DNA of 62,987 bases, the filler included, from Reticulomyxa filosa (Eukaryota > Protista > Foraminifera), in the NCBI GenBank assembly GCA_000512085.1. It is 24 parts of 24 records of this genome, joined end to end, with 100 filler letters (N's around TTAATTAATTAA, not from the genome) between each part and the next. Parts side by side here need not be neighbours in the genome. Positions count along the whole stretch, not along the records: positions 23,882 to 26,708 come from ASPP01007991.1; positions 26,809 to 28,708 come from ASPP01042407.1; positions 28,809 to 29,809 come from ASPP01014075.1; positions 29,910 to 32,295 come from ASPP01009478.1; positions 32,396 to 34,917 come from ASPP01025752.1; positions 35,018 to 36,899 come from ASPP01046991.1; positions 37,000 to 39,566 come from ASPP01047684.1; 17 more parts are not named here. One strand, given 5' to 3'. This document shows, in pieces, positions 26,646 through 39,666 of the stretch. Position numbers and translations under genes: made by a program. Each line of letters starts with the position of its first letter. The stretch's first letter is position 1. The notes beneath the pieces were generated by a model. The model saw only the letters and a list, made by a program, of their open reading frames with translations. It was not told the origin of the DNA and did no database searches.

Positions 26646-28808
26646 ATATTATTTTTTTTATACCTTTTTTTTTTTGTTGGATGAAATCAACACTCTTTCA
26701 AATGATTTNNNNNNNNNNNNNNNNNNNNNNNNNNNNNNNNNNNNNNNNNNNNTTAATTAATTAANNNNNNNNNNNNNNNNNNNNNNNNNNNNNNNNNNNN
26801 NNNNNNNNAAAAGTATACAATCGAACCCAAACAGCTCAAAAAAATCAAAATGATAGCAAATGAATTTGATACAACAATATCTTTTCAATCAATGTTGATA
26901 CTATTCCAACAAAAAAAACACATATAAAATAAATTTTGCAAATTTGGCTGTGCAAATGTTCGACAGAAAGAAAAGAAAAACAATAAATAAAAAACGCCAA
27001 ACTTGAAGATACTGTAAGATGACCTGGCCATTGTTGTTATTTAAAATTAAAATGATTACTTATACTATGATCAAAACATTGTATACACAAATGATACTGT
27101 GCATTGTTGTGACGTTAAATCCCAAATAACGATTTGCTATTTATTAAAGCAAACTATAGTTGCTGCGAATAAATATACAATCTCGCAACGCTGGTGTCGT
27201 TAACTTGAATATCAATTCGCATATACTCTTTGTTCGCATGATATTGCAGCATATAGACTCATAAGATACTCACATGAACATAGTCTTCGTATATGTAAGC
27301 GTGCTTCAACATTTTCATCAACGACAACAAATACAACATTGACATTGTGACAATCACAAATCATAAATAAATGTCATTGAAAAAAAAACATTTTTATGCA
27401 TTAAAATAATGCATATATCGATTAAAAAAAAATTTATGTCAAAATAAAAACAAGTACTAACAGCAACATAAAAACAATATATAGTGAAAAAAAAATGCTT
27501 AGTATAAAAAAAAACAATTGATAAAATAATTCAAAAATATATAAAAAAAATAATAATGATACAATAAATAAACAAATCAATAATTAACATTTAATTCCAG
27601 TTAAGTGCTATGATAATATATCAATAAATGACATTGTTTATTTATAACAAAAAAAATGTTAAATAAATAAATAGATTATAAAGATTTTAACTTTCGCTAT
27701 GTCAGTAGCAAATAAGAAAGCTACTGCCAGTCACATTTGCTTGTATAAAATACAAAGCTGACTCCAACGACAACGAAACATGATAACCATATGAATAACA
27801 GAAATTGTATACCTGAAGCAAATCATCAAAATCCAACTATAACCAATTACAATTCTTGAAATAAACCGCAACATCTATCATAATCTTGGACCTCTTTATT
27901 TGATATAATTGTTAAAACGTTCCAAAGTTTAGTTGTTTCAAAATAAAAATACAAAAAAAAGAACGAAAACAATTAATTTTCTTTCGCTTGGAAAAAAATA
28001 GATATAACGATTTTCACCCAACATGACTGAAATTTGAACGATTTTTAACATTAAACCCAAGACTTTAATTTTCTCTTTTGCTTTGTAAAAGTTTTTTTGC
28101 TTGTGTTCGTGTCATTGTATTCATTCGTCACAATATGTCTTTTTTGTTTACTTTGGGTAATTCTTTGACATTTTTTTAATTCACGATTTTTTGAAATACA
28201 TACTATCTCTATTGTATGCAGCATATTAATCTTCATCAGGATAATAAAATGGAGAACAGATATGTTATTTCATGAGAACAGTTATTGTATTGCTCTCTGC
28301 GATTTTCGTTGTATTAAAAGTTCTTTTGGAAGACATTGTACACAAACTGACAAGAAAAAATCTTTCAAGATCAAAGCAAGCCTTACTTACATGCACACAA
28401 AATTGGTTTAACCAAATTTTCAAAAAAGATTTGTAACCAGGTGAGTAGTAATGTGAATACAACACAAAATTCTAAACATACTGGACGCTAAAAGAAACAA
28501 AACAAAATTATTGGAAAAAAATCTCCACACACATGAACATAAATAAATAAATAAACAAACAAAAAATCAACCGTTACTATGCGGCCAATGAGAAGTTCAC
28601 TATTTGAATACGTTTGCCTCTTTCCTTGGAACAATTTTTCACAGTCAAAAAAAAAAAAAAGGAAATCAAACAAACAAAGACAAGACGACAAATTTACTTT
28701 TCCGAACGNNNNNNNNNNNNNNNNNNNNNNNNNNNNNNNNNNNNNNNNNNNNTTAATTAATTAANNNNNNNNNNNNNNNNNNNNNNNNNNNNNNNNNNNN
28801 NNNNNNNN

Positions 28809-28889
28809 AACACCCGCAGCGAGCACCCATGCCGCCAGCGCAAGCAAAACTGCCTGTGCAAGCTTTCTTAGAGAAAGAGCGGCGATCAT
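28809..28889 (-). CDS. Bacterial gene start with signal-peptide-like N-terminus, truncated
   Basis: MIAALSLRKLAQAVLLALAAWVLAAGV, downstream of csoR. Confidence 0.35.
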
Positions 28890-28944
28890 GGGGATATAAA
28901 TGAACAGGGACCGATGAGTTGTCAATTGGCAGAATGGCGAGCGG

Positions 28945-29220
28945 TCAGCGGCGCCTACTGTCGAGGACTTCAAGGATCTCTTCGATCTTATTCATCCTGT
29001 CCTTCTCCGAGCCTGCATGGAAGGCGTGGGCCACACAATGTTGCAGATGGTCAGCAAGCGTCTCCTGCTCGACCTTGTTCAGCGCGGCGCGCACGGCGCG
29101 GACCTGCGTCAGCACGTCGATGCAGTACCGCTCCTCCTCAATCATTCGGGCGATCCCGCGCACCTGCCCCTCTATGCGGCTGAGCCGGGCGAGCTGAGAT
29201 TTCTTTAATTTGGCGTCCAT
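28945..29220 (-). CDS. csoR: CsoR/RcnR-family metal-sensing repressor (bacterial)
   Basis: 91 aa; RLSRIEGQVRGIARMIEEERYCIDVLTQ...DHLQHCV carries the Cys-His-Cys Cu(I) ligand pattern. Confidence 0.93.
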   Translation of the reverse strand: MDAKLKKSQLARLSRIEGQVRGIARMIEEERYCIDVLTQVRAVRAALNKVEQETLADHLQHCVAHAFHAGSEKDRMNKIEEILEVLDSRRR

Positions 29221-29231
29221 GGCTTGAACCG

Positions 29232-29246
29232 TACCCCTGTAGGGTA
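29232..29246. promoter_or_regulatory. CsoR-type operator TACCCCTGTAGGGTA overlapping divergent promoters
   Basis: TAC-C-tract/G-tract-GTA pseudo-palindrome in the 39-nt csoR-copA gap, between TTGAAC and TATAAA. Confidence 0.8.
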
Positions 29247-29259
29247 TAAATGGCAAGCC

Positions 29260-29809
29260 ATGAAACACGATTGCTGCAGCGGCGGACACGCCGACCATCA
29301 GGGCCACGCCCATTCCCGGCCCACCGCGACGGACCCCGTGTGCGGCATGACGGTGAACGTCGCGACGGCCAAGCACACCACCGTGCATGAAGGCCAGACC
29401 TATTACTTCTGCAACCCGAAGTGCCTGCAGAAGTTCGAGGCGGAGCCGGCCCGCTATCTCAAGCCAGGAGACGAGACGCCCGCCACCCCCGTAGCGCCCG
29501 GCACGATTTTCACCTGCCCCATGCATCCAGAAATCCGTCAGGTCGGGCCGGGGAGCTGCCCGATCTGCGGCATGGCGCTGGAACCCGCAGAGGTCTCGCT
29601 CGACGATGGCCCGAACCATGAGCTTATCGACATGTCGCGGCGCATGTGGATTGGCCTGGCTTTCAGCCTGCCCATCGTAGCGCTCGAAATGGGCGGACAC
29701 CTCACGTCGCTTCACATGTTGCTCGATCAGAAGACTTCCAACTGGATTCAGCTGGTCCTGGCCACGCCGGTCGTGTTGTGGGCCGGCTGGCCCTTCTTCG
29801 TGCGTGGCT
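29260..29809 (+). CDS. copA: Heavy-metal (Cu) translocating P1B-type ATPase, N-terminal part (bacterial)
   Basis: His/Cys-rich leader, YHS domain (DPVCGM...YYFC..KC..KF), CPMHP...CPICGMALEP domain, first TMs (LATPVVLWAGWPFF). Confidence 0.9.
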
Positions 29810-29925
29810 NNNNNNNNNNNNNNNNNNNNNNNNNNNNNNNNNNNNNNNNNNNNTTAATTAATTAANNNNNNNNNNNNNNNNNNNNNNNNNNNNNNNNNNN
29901 NNNNNNNNNCAAAAAAAAAAAAAAG

Positions 29926-30945
29926 GTGAAACAACGTATGCGTTACTAGACGATGCCTCGATGAATGTTGTGGAACGCACTGGCTATTGTGACCGTTACG
30001 ACTTAGGAGTGCTAGAAGAGATTTGGAACACTACCAATATCACGTACTGGTCTCCCACAGAAATGGTCTATCCTTCGCGCGAAACCAGAAACTGGCCATG
30101 GAAATACGTCTCCAAAAATGACACATTGCTCGTTTGGCATTTGCCTTTCTCCAGAAAAAGTCAATTACACTTTCGACCAAGTCGTTCATTCCAATGGACT
30201 TGAATTGTGGAGATTCAGACGTTTTGTATTTATTTTTTCATTTTTGAAATGCATTTATACGTAGATATGTATATATATGTATACGTACGTGCATACACGG
30301 ATTTTTAAACCCATGAATAACGTAATGAAATGCTATTGAAATTGTAATGTGTTTGTTACTATTCGAAAGTATCCAATAACACGTTGAAAAACGCAACCAA
30401 TTATCCTCATAATGCTCAATATTTTTCGTATGGCTATGATGGGATATTGAATTTTACTGTCCGCAAAGAGATACCTGAGCAAACGTTGGCTTATTTGTCC
30501 TTTCCTCATTTCTACCAAGGGGAATACTATGTGAAACATGTCGGGCAAGTGACAGGTATAAACCCACCAGACGCTGACACCGATGCAACCTATTTTGAGA
30601 TAGAACCACAAACTGGAACTGTTATCAAAAACTGGTTAGGATTTCAAACCAACTTTCAACTGTTTCCATTGATGAATAATATCACTTATGTCAATAGTTC
30701 TGGTTATTTTGAGATTCTGGTTACCAACTTTACCAATTTGCCGACCTTTATTGTTCCAATGGGATATCAAATCATTAACAGTTATGCTCCTTCTGATTTA
30801 TCTGTTTGCTTAAATCTTTTTTTATTTGTTTATCTAAAAACGTTTTGTTTGATTGTGAAACTGTCTCTTTTGTAAAGGTTCTTTTTCAGTTCGCGATGAA
30901 GAAACTGATGTATCTATGATTCGTAACAAGTTGAAACATGATTAA
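29926..30945 (+). CDS. CD36/LIMP-II family scavenger receptor, internal/C-terminal exons
   Basis: YLSFPHFY...VTGINP...YFEIEPQTGTVI...FQTN motif; many N-glycosylation sequons. Confidence 0.8.
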
Positions 30946-32395
30946 ATATTACTTTTACTTGTTTATAATGGAATTAATCTGTATCATTTATTTTTTACTT
31001 TGTTTTCTTTTCTATATTGTGCATGTGCTGTCAGAAGCTGTGACACTGATTGATTCTAATTATTTTTCACAAATCACAAAAATAATTTAAACTAACAAAC
31101 AGTCAATCTAAAAATCTCGTAAAACACATATTTCAACTATCAACTTGATAGTTATCTCAAGTGTAGAATCTTGCAATGTTACAGAAATTCAATTTTATCA
31201 TGTCGCAAACTACAATGAACAACTAATCCAACTAATTAATGATTTTATTTCTTTTTTCTCTTCATCATCTTTCTGTTGCAAAACCTTGTTCAAGTCAGAT
31301 ATGGTGAACAAGCAGACAGTAAACCTTATAGTTCGTTGTCTAGAAACAAACATTACAAATACGAAAATAAAAAAAACGGAACTAACTGTCCCCTTGTAAT
31401 GTGTTGTCTCAGTTGGTTATTTGATAAATTTTTTTTCATAGTTGATTTGCGGTTGATTGAGCGTAGTTGCTGACCTTAGAAAGATATTTTTAAAATATTG
31501 ACGTTCAAAGTGAAATTAAAAATTTTCAGTGACAACAGAAAGGTGCTCAAAAAGGGGGTGATTCCATTTTTTTATTTTTTTCTTTGTAATGTGCTTTCGG
31601 TTGAACATATTTTCACAGTTTGAGCAAGCACTTTTGTCTTCAAGTGAATGTAGCAAGAACATTATGCATCTTACTACTTGAAAGAACTAGTTTGTTTAAT
31701 GTTTCATATATCTTTTGAACGGACCAATCAATTTATATAAATTTTTTTTATAAATATAAATAGACTTACATTTAATTTATTTGGTAAATAAGAAAATTTG
31801 TTATGAAAGATTTGATTATTGACTTATCGTTTATGTGTGTTCAACTTGCAAAAATTTTGCAGTGCTGTTTAATGAGAGTCGTTATGCGTATGAACGACGG
31901 TTATGGATTTGACGACTGTTTGGAGAGATATCAGATACATCACGTGAATCCACTGATCTAAGCACCGTCGATAGCTATTAATATGTTTATGATCGATTTA
32001 GTGAAAGCAATATTGGTTAAGTTTATCGATGATGTTGTTTGATTGTGTCGTGACATTATCGTCCTTGGATTTGTATGAATGCCGCAAACTGTATTATTTT
32101 AGAATGATTTTCCTTTGTGGCATCAATGCATTTCGAATTGATTTTATTTTCGACTGCAACCACAGTCACACAATCGGACAAAAATTTGAGTAACACCCAC
32201 CCTGTTGTTCACTTTGAACTTTAATTGGGAAAGAAAGTGTCAACTGTCTCAAAACAACAAAATTACTTAACTCACAAATTAGTTCATTTCATTGCNNNNN
32301 NNNNNNNNNNNNNNNNNNNNNNNNNNNNNNNNNNNNNNNTTAATTAATTAANNNNNNNNNNNNNNNNNNNNNNNNNNNNNNNNNNNNNNNNNNNN

Positions 32396-32676
32396 TATTC
32401 GATCTGGCGAACAAATTCAAGTGTTCAATGGACATACAGGTTTTGTGAGTGCTGTTGAATATTCGCCATTTGTAATAAATAATATCAAATGCGATATGTT
32501 CTGCATCGATTGATAATACAATTCGTTTTTGGTATTTCCGATTATATGATAAATCATTACATATTATTAAAGGATGTCCTTTAAGTGATGATGGAATAAC
32601 ATGTATTAAATTTATTGGATTAAAAAACAATTTTTTTTATGGATCATTTAAAGGGCTTATTCGAATGTGGAGTTAA
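32396..32676 (+). pseudogene. WD40 family 3' fragment, frameshifted
   Basis: IRSGEQIQVFNGHTGFVSAVEYSPF, then a frame change to ICSASIDNTIRFW...GLIRMWS*. Confidence 0.7.
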
Positions 32677-32854
32677 CTTATTTTTTTATCAAACAAAAAA
32701 TTAAAGTGCGTTTGTTTTACTTTATTACTCAAAGTTACTTTCAATACCTTATTTAAAGTATTTTTTTTAATAATTTAATTTTCTCTTGAAATACAATGCA
32801 ATATAGTACAATCTTTCAAACTATATTCACAACCTTTTTCCATTTAATTTGGTT

Positions 32855-33900
32855 TTACTTTATGTTCAAGTACATACATATCAATAGTAACATATATTTC
32901 TTGTCTCTATATTTCTTTGATATAGATGCAATAAAATTGGAGTCATCCATTAATAATATCCCCAAACTTGATAAATATAAATACATACATAATCGTTTAT
33001 CATTAGTGCAATTTAAAAATTTTTTTTTTGAACAAGCAACACCAATTATCGTTGTTATTTTGTAACTATTAAAAATTTCTTCTTTTTTTTTTTTTACAAA
33101 AATAATACATTTACACAACTCAAATTCGCCAGCAATATGTGCCAGTTTAAATATCACAACATTTGGGTAGGGATACATTAACTCCACCTAAAAATTCGAC
33201 AATGTGAAATAGTGTATTGATGCCAAATTGTATTGGCATTAAAATATCTAAAAAAGAATAGTAAATTTGTTCAATACAAAATAAATATGAAGTATCCGAT
33301 CGCAACGGTTGAAAAGAATAATATTTGGCTTTTGTTAAGACAACATCAATCCATTTCTCTAGCATTTATTTTTACAAAGACAATTCCCGGAAAGCGAGAG
33401 ATTTGATTGGTCCTTCGAAGTCAATACAAATTTTATTGTGAGTTTTTTCAATCGCAAATAATGTTTGCTCAAATGTAAACAATATTACATCATTCATTGC
33501 ATTTTCAATTTTTCTTCCATTTGTGGAGTGTATGGAATTAACAGCTTTGATTTTTGTTCACATATTTTTTCACTTATCTCTTTGTTATCCCATTTTCCTT
33601 GTTTCATCATTTTTTCCATTTTTGTTGAAAGCTATTTATATTATAGAGTTAGTATTTGTAAAAAATATAAAAAAATTGAATAATATTTTAGTTAGGATAA
33701 TATATGTCGTCTTTTTTTATAGTTGTTTTTTAAGGCCTCTTAGTATCATTTTTTACAAGACATTTTTTCAACTAGCAGTTTATTATCTTTTTAAATCAAA
33801 TTTCTTAACATCAAATTTTAATTCATCCATATCTATTTCTGACAATTTTTGAAGTTTATTATCACAACTTGCCAATTTATTACAGCAACAAAAAGCAATA
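32855..33900 (-). pseudogene. Degraded gene of unknown family
   Basis: Adjacent ORF fragments in shifted frames with stops. Confidence 0.3.
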
Positions 33901-34114
33901 CAAAACTACACAATATTCATTCTACATTATCAAGATTCATGATTATATTTTATTATTTTTGTTTTATTTTGAATTTGATTTTTTTTATAATTGTTAAATT
34001 AATTAATTTTTAATTTAATTAATAATTTTTTTATCAAATAATTTTAATAATGTTAATAATGATTTTATCTCATGTTCGCCGTTCTTCTTCAAAGGGTTCA
34101 TGTTTTTTGTTGAA

Positions 34115-34760
34115 ATGGCCGGAAGTAAAACAACAGACAATCCTTCTTGTTAAGTAAGTTGCGTGCAATGCCAAATCAGCTATCCTGGTCCATTGGAATA
34201 TCCTTGGCAATAAGTGCCAACATAATCAGCAACATTGGCTTAAATGTTCAAAAAAAAGCACACTCGTAAGAAATGATTTTCAACATGAGCCTTTGTTCTC
34301 AAACAGCATACTGTGAATAAGGACAAACAGCAAAAAAAAAAAAACAAACTGGTAGCACTCGAGCTGAATATTCAAAATCAGTGAATTACGAAGCACTAGA
34401 AGAGCAAAAGGACAAGGTGATTCAGTTTGATTTTGTTAATTTGTTGAGTTGCATAAAAACAAGCAAAAAAATTAAATCACTAGAACGTGCAATCATCGTA
34501 CGTGTGTGATTCGTTATGGTTGATCGGATTATTTTTGCAAATTATCGGAGCGGTGTTTGATTTCGCAGCGTTGGGATTTGCACCACAGTCAGTGGTGGCC
34601 CCATTGGGGTCTTTGACTTTAGTTGTGAACGTATGCTTGGCTCCAATTATGCAAAACGAAAGGCCTTCCAAATCGACTATCTTTGCCACTCTTATCATCG
34701 TCGTTGGTTGTATCATCACCGTTGTTTTTTCCGCCAAAGGAGATTCTCTTTCCAAGTTTA
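34115..34760 (+). CDS. NIPA-family (DUF803) magnesium transporter, 5' part
   Basis: NIISNIGLNVQKKAH; LWLIG...DFAALGFAPQSVVAPLGSLTLVVN; short introns. Confidence 0.88.
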
Positions 34761-35017
34761 AACAAGTCCACCAAACAACCCGACAGCAATAATTTTTTTT
34801 TATTTTAAAAAAAAGGGGGAGGATTGTAACTATTGGGGGGAGGAGGACATTTTATTTTTTTTTTTGAAATAAATAATCCTCACCGACCCTTTCTGCCCCT
34901 TTTTTTTTTTTTTTTTTNNNNNNNNNNNNNNNNNNNNNNNNNNNNNNNNNNNNNNNNNNNNTTAATTAATTAANNNNNNNNNNNNNNNNNNNNNNNNNNN
35001 NNNNNNNNNNNNNNNNN

Positions 35018-36899
35018 ATTCGCCAAATAATGAAGCGACTTTTGAATTGCCGATCTAATTACGATTGGTATGGCGTTGTTGCTTTTTGTAATAAATAGCG
35101 CAACAATATATTAACTCTTTTCCGTGCACCAACAGCAGTGAGATCCAAATATTGGCGCACACAACAACAGTCCAATGTCTTGAATTGACAAATTAATAGA
35201 GGAGAATATGGACTGTGTTTCATCGTTCGTCGCCCTCGTGATTGGCACTGCTCTTGATATTTTCACACATCATCCAGTAACTTCCATTGAGGGGGCGCAC
35301 TACGTGGAATTAGTCTGTGTTTAGGACACGCAAATCCGCCACTTGTGTGTGTGCGTGAAGAGCAATAAAAATAACATTGATAGTCGATCTTTTTTTTCTT
35401 TTTAATCAAATCCAGCGACGATACTGCATTAGAATAATCTTTTTTTTTGCATCATCCTCATCTTCTTATTTGTTAATGATTTAGGTATCACAAAACTTGT
35501 CCATCAAATTGGAGCCACCACATCGGAAGAATAGTTCCATGTGAAAGGTCTTACTCGACCCCATATGTGATTGTCTCCTGAACGTACCTCTTCCTTCTTC
35601 GAACAATACAATCGATACTGCAATATCGATATCGTATTTTTTTTTTTTTTTTTGCGCAGTATGTTCAAGTCTTTCTTTCTGGATGTTGATGCTGCCTGAC
35701 TACGAACGAAGCAAGCTTACCAATAATAAAGATTGTCCTTGATCGAACTGAAACAATTTCTTTCAAATATTCCAATGCCACCATCATCTCCCTGTGATAA
35801 GGGATACGTCTGATAATGATCGTTTTTTGAAATTTCTGCATCCATCACCATACGTATCAATTCGATAACATTTGGCTTGGCGATTCGATGATGTAGGGAA
35901 GTTACAATTCGTGTTCTTCTTCATTATTGGCTGTATTCATTCCTTGACGTTATTGAATGCCATGGTTCAACGATTTTTGATTAATATTCGATTCACGATT
36001 TAAAACTCACGTCGACTCAAATCCACTTAAGAAAATAAAAATTGGCGATCTTTGCTATTTTTCTCCAAATACTGGAAAAATGCAACGAATACAAAGTATT
36101 ATCGCATTCACAAGTCATTGTAGTCCATATTCGCTTCCGAGACTGCCGGACAAGCGCCGATTATCTTTTGCCGAATAATGCAATCGAGACTCTTACGGTG
36201 ATTGAGTCAGAAAATGCGAACATTCGTCTCTCTGCCTTTTCTTCGATCATCAAACTTATGCCACTCGTGAGATAATCATTCCTTCCATCAGCAGCACACA
36301 CGATTCGAAACCAAAAGCTGCGAATATGCGTATGCTCACAACCAGTCTAGACACGAATAGTTTTTTTTCTAACAACCTTGTTCATTGGAGCTGACAGATT
36401 GCAGTTCGACCATGTCTGGAAACGTAAAGTCGCCACTCGCGGGCGTGAAGGATTAATAACCGAACTCAGCAAATCTGGCAAACTTTTTCTTTTTTTTAGG
36501 TCCAGCGCGATGATTTCAATGTTCTTCATCACATCCTACTAATCATCTTTTCTTGCTTGCCTATGTATTGATGGACTTTCGCGCCAACTCCGTTGCTAAA
36601 TTGAACCACTATCACATGGAGCGATTCTCCCGATGTGGTGTCTTCTCGATCGTGAGATTGGACATTTTTTAGCAATTTCCTCGCCTTCCACTTTTTTCCT
36701 ACTTTTTCTCTACCACCTTTGCGATACCACAATGTCGGCATTACTTCTACTTTGCGCGTATTCTTTTTTTATTTTTTTTCTTCTTGGTAAGCTCGCTTTC
36801 GTCGTTTGGCGGCCAAGAGCTCGATTGTCTGGATTGAACTGAGAATATCTTATCAATTAGAGCTTATGGACTTTGTACTTGATGATATCATCGCTCTTG
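35018..36899 (-). mobile_element. Decayed APE/RT non-LTR retrotransposon (LINE)
   Basis: Intronless, moderate GC, many stops. Ordered remnants: LHVIVVQ..NGVG, EIIALDL...SSVINP, TGCEH (APE-like), then EMMVALEYL and YRYCSIDCI (pre-RT-like). Confidence 0.45.
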
Positions 36900-36999
36900 N
36901 NNNNNNNNNNNNNNNNNNNNNNNNNNNNNNNNNNNNNNNNNNNTTAATTAATTAANNNNNNNNNNNNNNNNNNNNNNNNNNNNNNNNNNNNNNNNNNNN

Positions 37000-37040
37000 G
37001 TGGCATTTTAGGTGTCAACTTTCTTTTTTATCTTACTGTA
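37000..37040. mobile_element. MITE right terminus
   Basis: GGCATTTTAGGTGTCAACTTT...TCTTACTG|TA. Confidence 0.7.
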
Positions 37041-37404
37041 GTACTAAAAAGAAAAACAAAAAAAAGAATATTACAAATCTTACAACGATCAAAATACGCA
37101 AAAACAAAGAAAAACAAAGCTAATCAATTTAAATTGAAATTAATCTTGGAAAAATTTGACAATTTTTCAATCTCTATCTTGGCATCGGTCACAATCATAC
37201 GTGATCCCTAATAAAAACTAAAATATTTGCAATGATTTCAATTTCATTTCCTTTGCAAAGTGGAAACAAAAATATAAAGTTTGCACTTTAATGCTATTGA
37301 TTCAAAGCGGATATAAAAAATGTTTTTTGTGATAAAATAGATGATTGAATCAATTGTGTGTTTCAAATATTTGATACAAAATGATGAAATGTAAAAAAAG
37401 TCTA

Positions 37405-37975
37405 AACTGAATTACTTACTTATAGAATGGTGCAATATCATCACAAACAGGTAGCTGGTGAAATTGAAAAGTGTTGTTATCTTCAACATATTCGATTGAT
37501 AATCCTGTCTCTTTACAAAACAACAGCATTTGATAATTTGTTTCATTTGTTTTCATCATTTCTTGTCATTGTCCATTTTCTGAATTTGATACAAAGCAAT
37601 AAAATTTAATATAATAAGTTGGTAAGGTATAATGTTTAATAAATTGAAAATCAAATACACTAATATTCTTTGAATAATAAGTGATAAATAACAAATTATT
37701 GTTGATTCCACCAATTATTGCACGCAATCTTGTGATTGTATATGAAAGGAGTCCATTGATTGCAATTGTTTAATTCATTTGATTTGTTTGATATATTACT
37801 CAAACATTTACATATTTCATCACCAATGTATGTTTAAACTTTCCACTAAAAGACAACAAAGTGATTTTATTGTTATCTTTGTTGTTATCTAACTCCTTCA
37901 AACTTTGAAAGGGGATACTAAGCTATTGACTTTGTTTAATCTGTTAAGTTTCTCTTTCAGGAGAGTCTTGTGTTG
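37405..37975 (-). pseudogene. Kelch-like beta-propeller family pseudogene
   Basis: SPFQSLKEL, ITLLSFSGKFKHTLVMKYV, RAIIGGINN and GLSIEY..NNTFQFHQL pieces with deletions and frameshifts. Confidence 0.6.
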
Positions 37976-39470
37976 TAGTTTGATTAATGTTGAGGAACTT
38001 TTTTTTAAGTTTAATTTTTTTAAAAAAAAAGGGGATTTGACACGACCATTTTTGATATTTTTATTTAGTTAATGAAACAAAAAAATTGCACATAATTTGA
38101 GCAATGAAAATTAAAATGCATGAAAGGTTGAATTATTGTATCGGAAACTTTCAGTGAAAAAGTAATACTATTTGTCAAATATTGTTATCTATTAACCAAG
38201 ATTGAAATTGTGGCAGTCTTGAAAAATGAAAGTATCAGAAATACGGATTTTGACCTTTCTTTTTGAATTAATTTGTTTTTAAAAAATGGCAGATAAAAAT
38301 CAGTTATTAAGAATGTGAAATGATTTATACTTTGTGTAACTTTAAGTTGTATTTACATTTAGTTTTTGTCTGTACAAAATCCTTGTATTAAGACTTACAA
38401 ACAAGTTCTTTTTTAGTGAGATTAAAAAAAAGTTCTATGGTATTTCATCCTTTTCGTTTCTTTGCATTATAAAATGATTGGAGTTTTTAATGATGTTTTC
38501 CACTAGTTTTCTGTTCTAAAACTTTTTATGTTTTTAATTATGTCCACTCCAAAAAAGATAGTTGTGTTTTTTTAATGAAACCAACAAAATCGGATTAAAT
38601 TTTGTCTCTTTCAATAAACTTGTACTTCTGTATTCAAGAAACATTGCATTTGGAGGAATATGCAAAAACAATTTAAAAACGTTTAGAATAGTATTTTTAA
38701 AAATATTTCATTTTTTTTGCTGCATTTGCAAAATGTCAACGAGTTGACATACCAACAAAATTACTTGTGATGATAGATTCTTAAAAGGCAAAAACTAGAA
38801 CAAAGGTTTAAGGCTGATGTTACAAGCAAATCCCTTAAAAAAAAAGTGAAAACAAATCCATTCTCCTTATAATATATTGATGTAGGAAGGCAAATGTGTG
38901 AGATCTATTTGTCTCAAAAATTGATGTTGCAACAGAACATAGCGACTACTTTCAATCAGATATGAAAATTTAGTCGATATTATTAACATTAAATGAATAA
39001 TCATAAATATGAATACTTATTTATTTCATCCAATGTGATGCCCACAAAAATTTTCTTGTATCTTGATTTTCTTCATTCTCTTTGGCAATTGGTTGTGATA
39101 ACAATGTTCCAAGAAAAGTACTTCTGTTTACAAATTTACAAATTATATTGCCCTTTTAATTTAATAGTGAAAAATTTTTGAGTTATCTCATTTGATTTTT
39201 TTTTATAAAATAATTTTTATCATGAATATTAGAAATAACTTTCATCAAGACATCAAACATAATTTTGTACTATCATATATGGTAATAATATTACTTGCAT
39301 CAGATTTTTTATTTGAGATTTGAACCTATTTCAATTGAATATTAAGCTTGATAAACCATTTTCTATTTACGAGTTTGTCGATATCTCTTCAAAGTTGTAA
39401 AAATATCTCAAGAAAATTGAATGTTACTTGTTCAATGACAACAAATCAATACATATTTCTTTGCTTTAAA

Positions 39471-39566
39471 TACAGTAGAATGCAAAGTAAAGTTGATACA
39501 TAAAACGGCACCTTATAGAGATGATTGATTTTCTACATGAAAAAACAACATTCAGACCTAATTTTT
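39471..39566. mobile_element. MITE left terminus
   Basis: TA|CAGTAGAATGCAAAGTAAAGTTGATAC...GATTGATTTTCTACATGAAAAAACAAC. Confidence 0.75.
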
Positions 39567-39666
39567 NNNNNNNNNNNNNNNNNNNNNNNNNNNNNNNNNN
39601 NNNNNNNNNNTTAATTAATTAANNNNNNNNNNNNNNNNNNNNNNNNNNNNNNNNNNNNNNNNNNNN

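Noticed and set aside
28945-29715. 256-aa ORF as an N-terminally extended CsoR
   Set aside because: The extension is the antisense of copA in GC-rich DNA; the real start is 29220.
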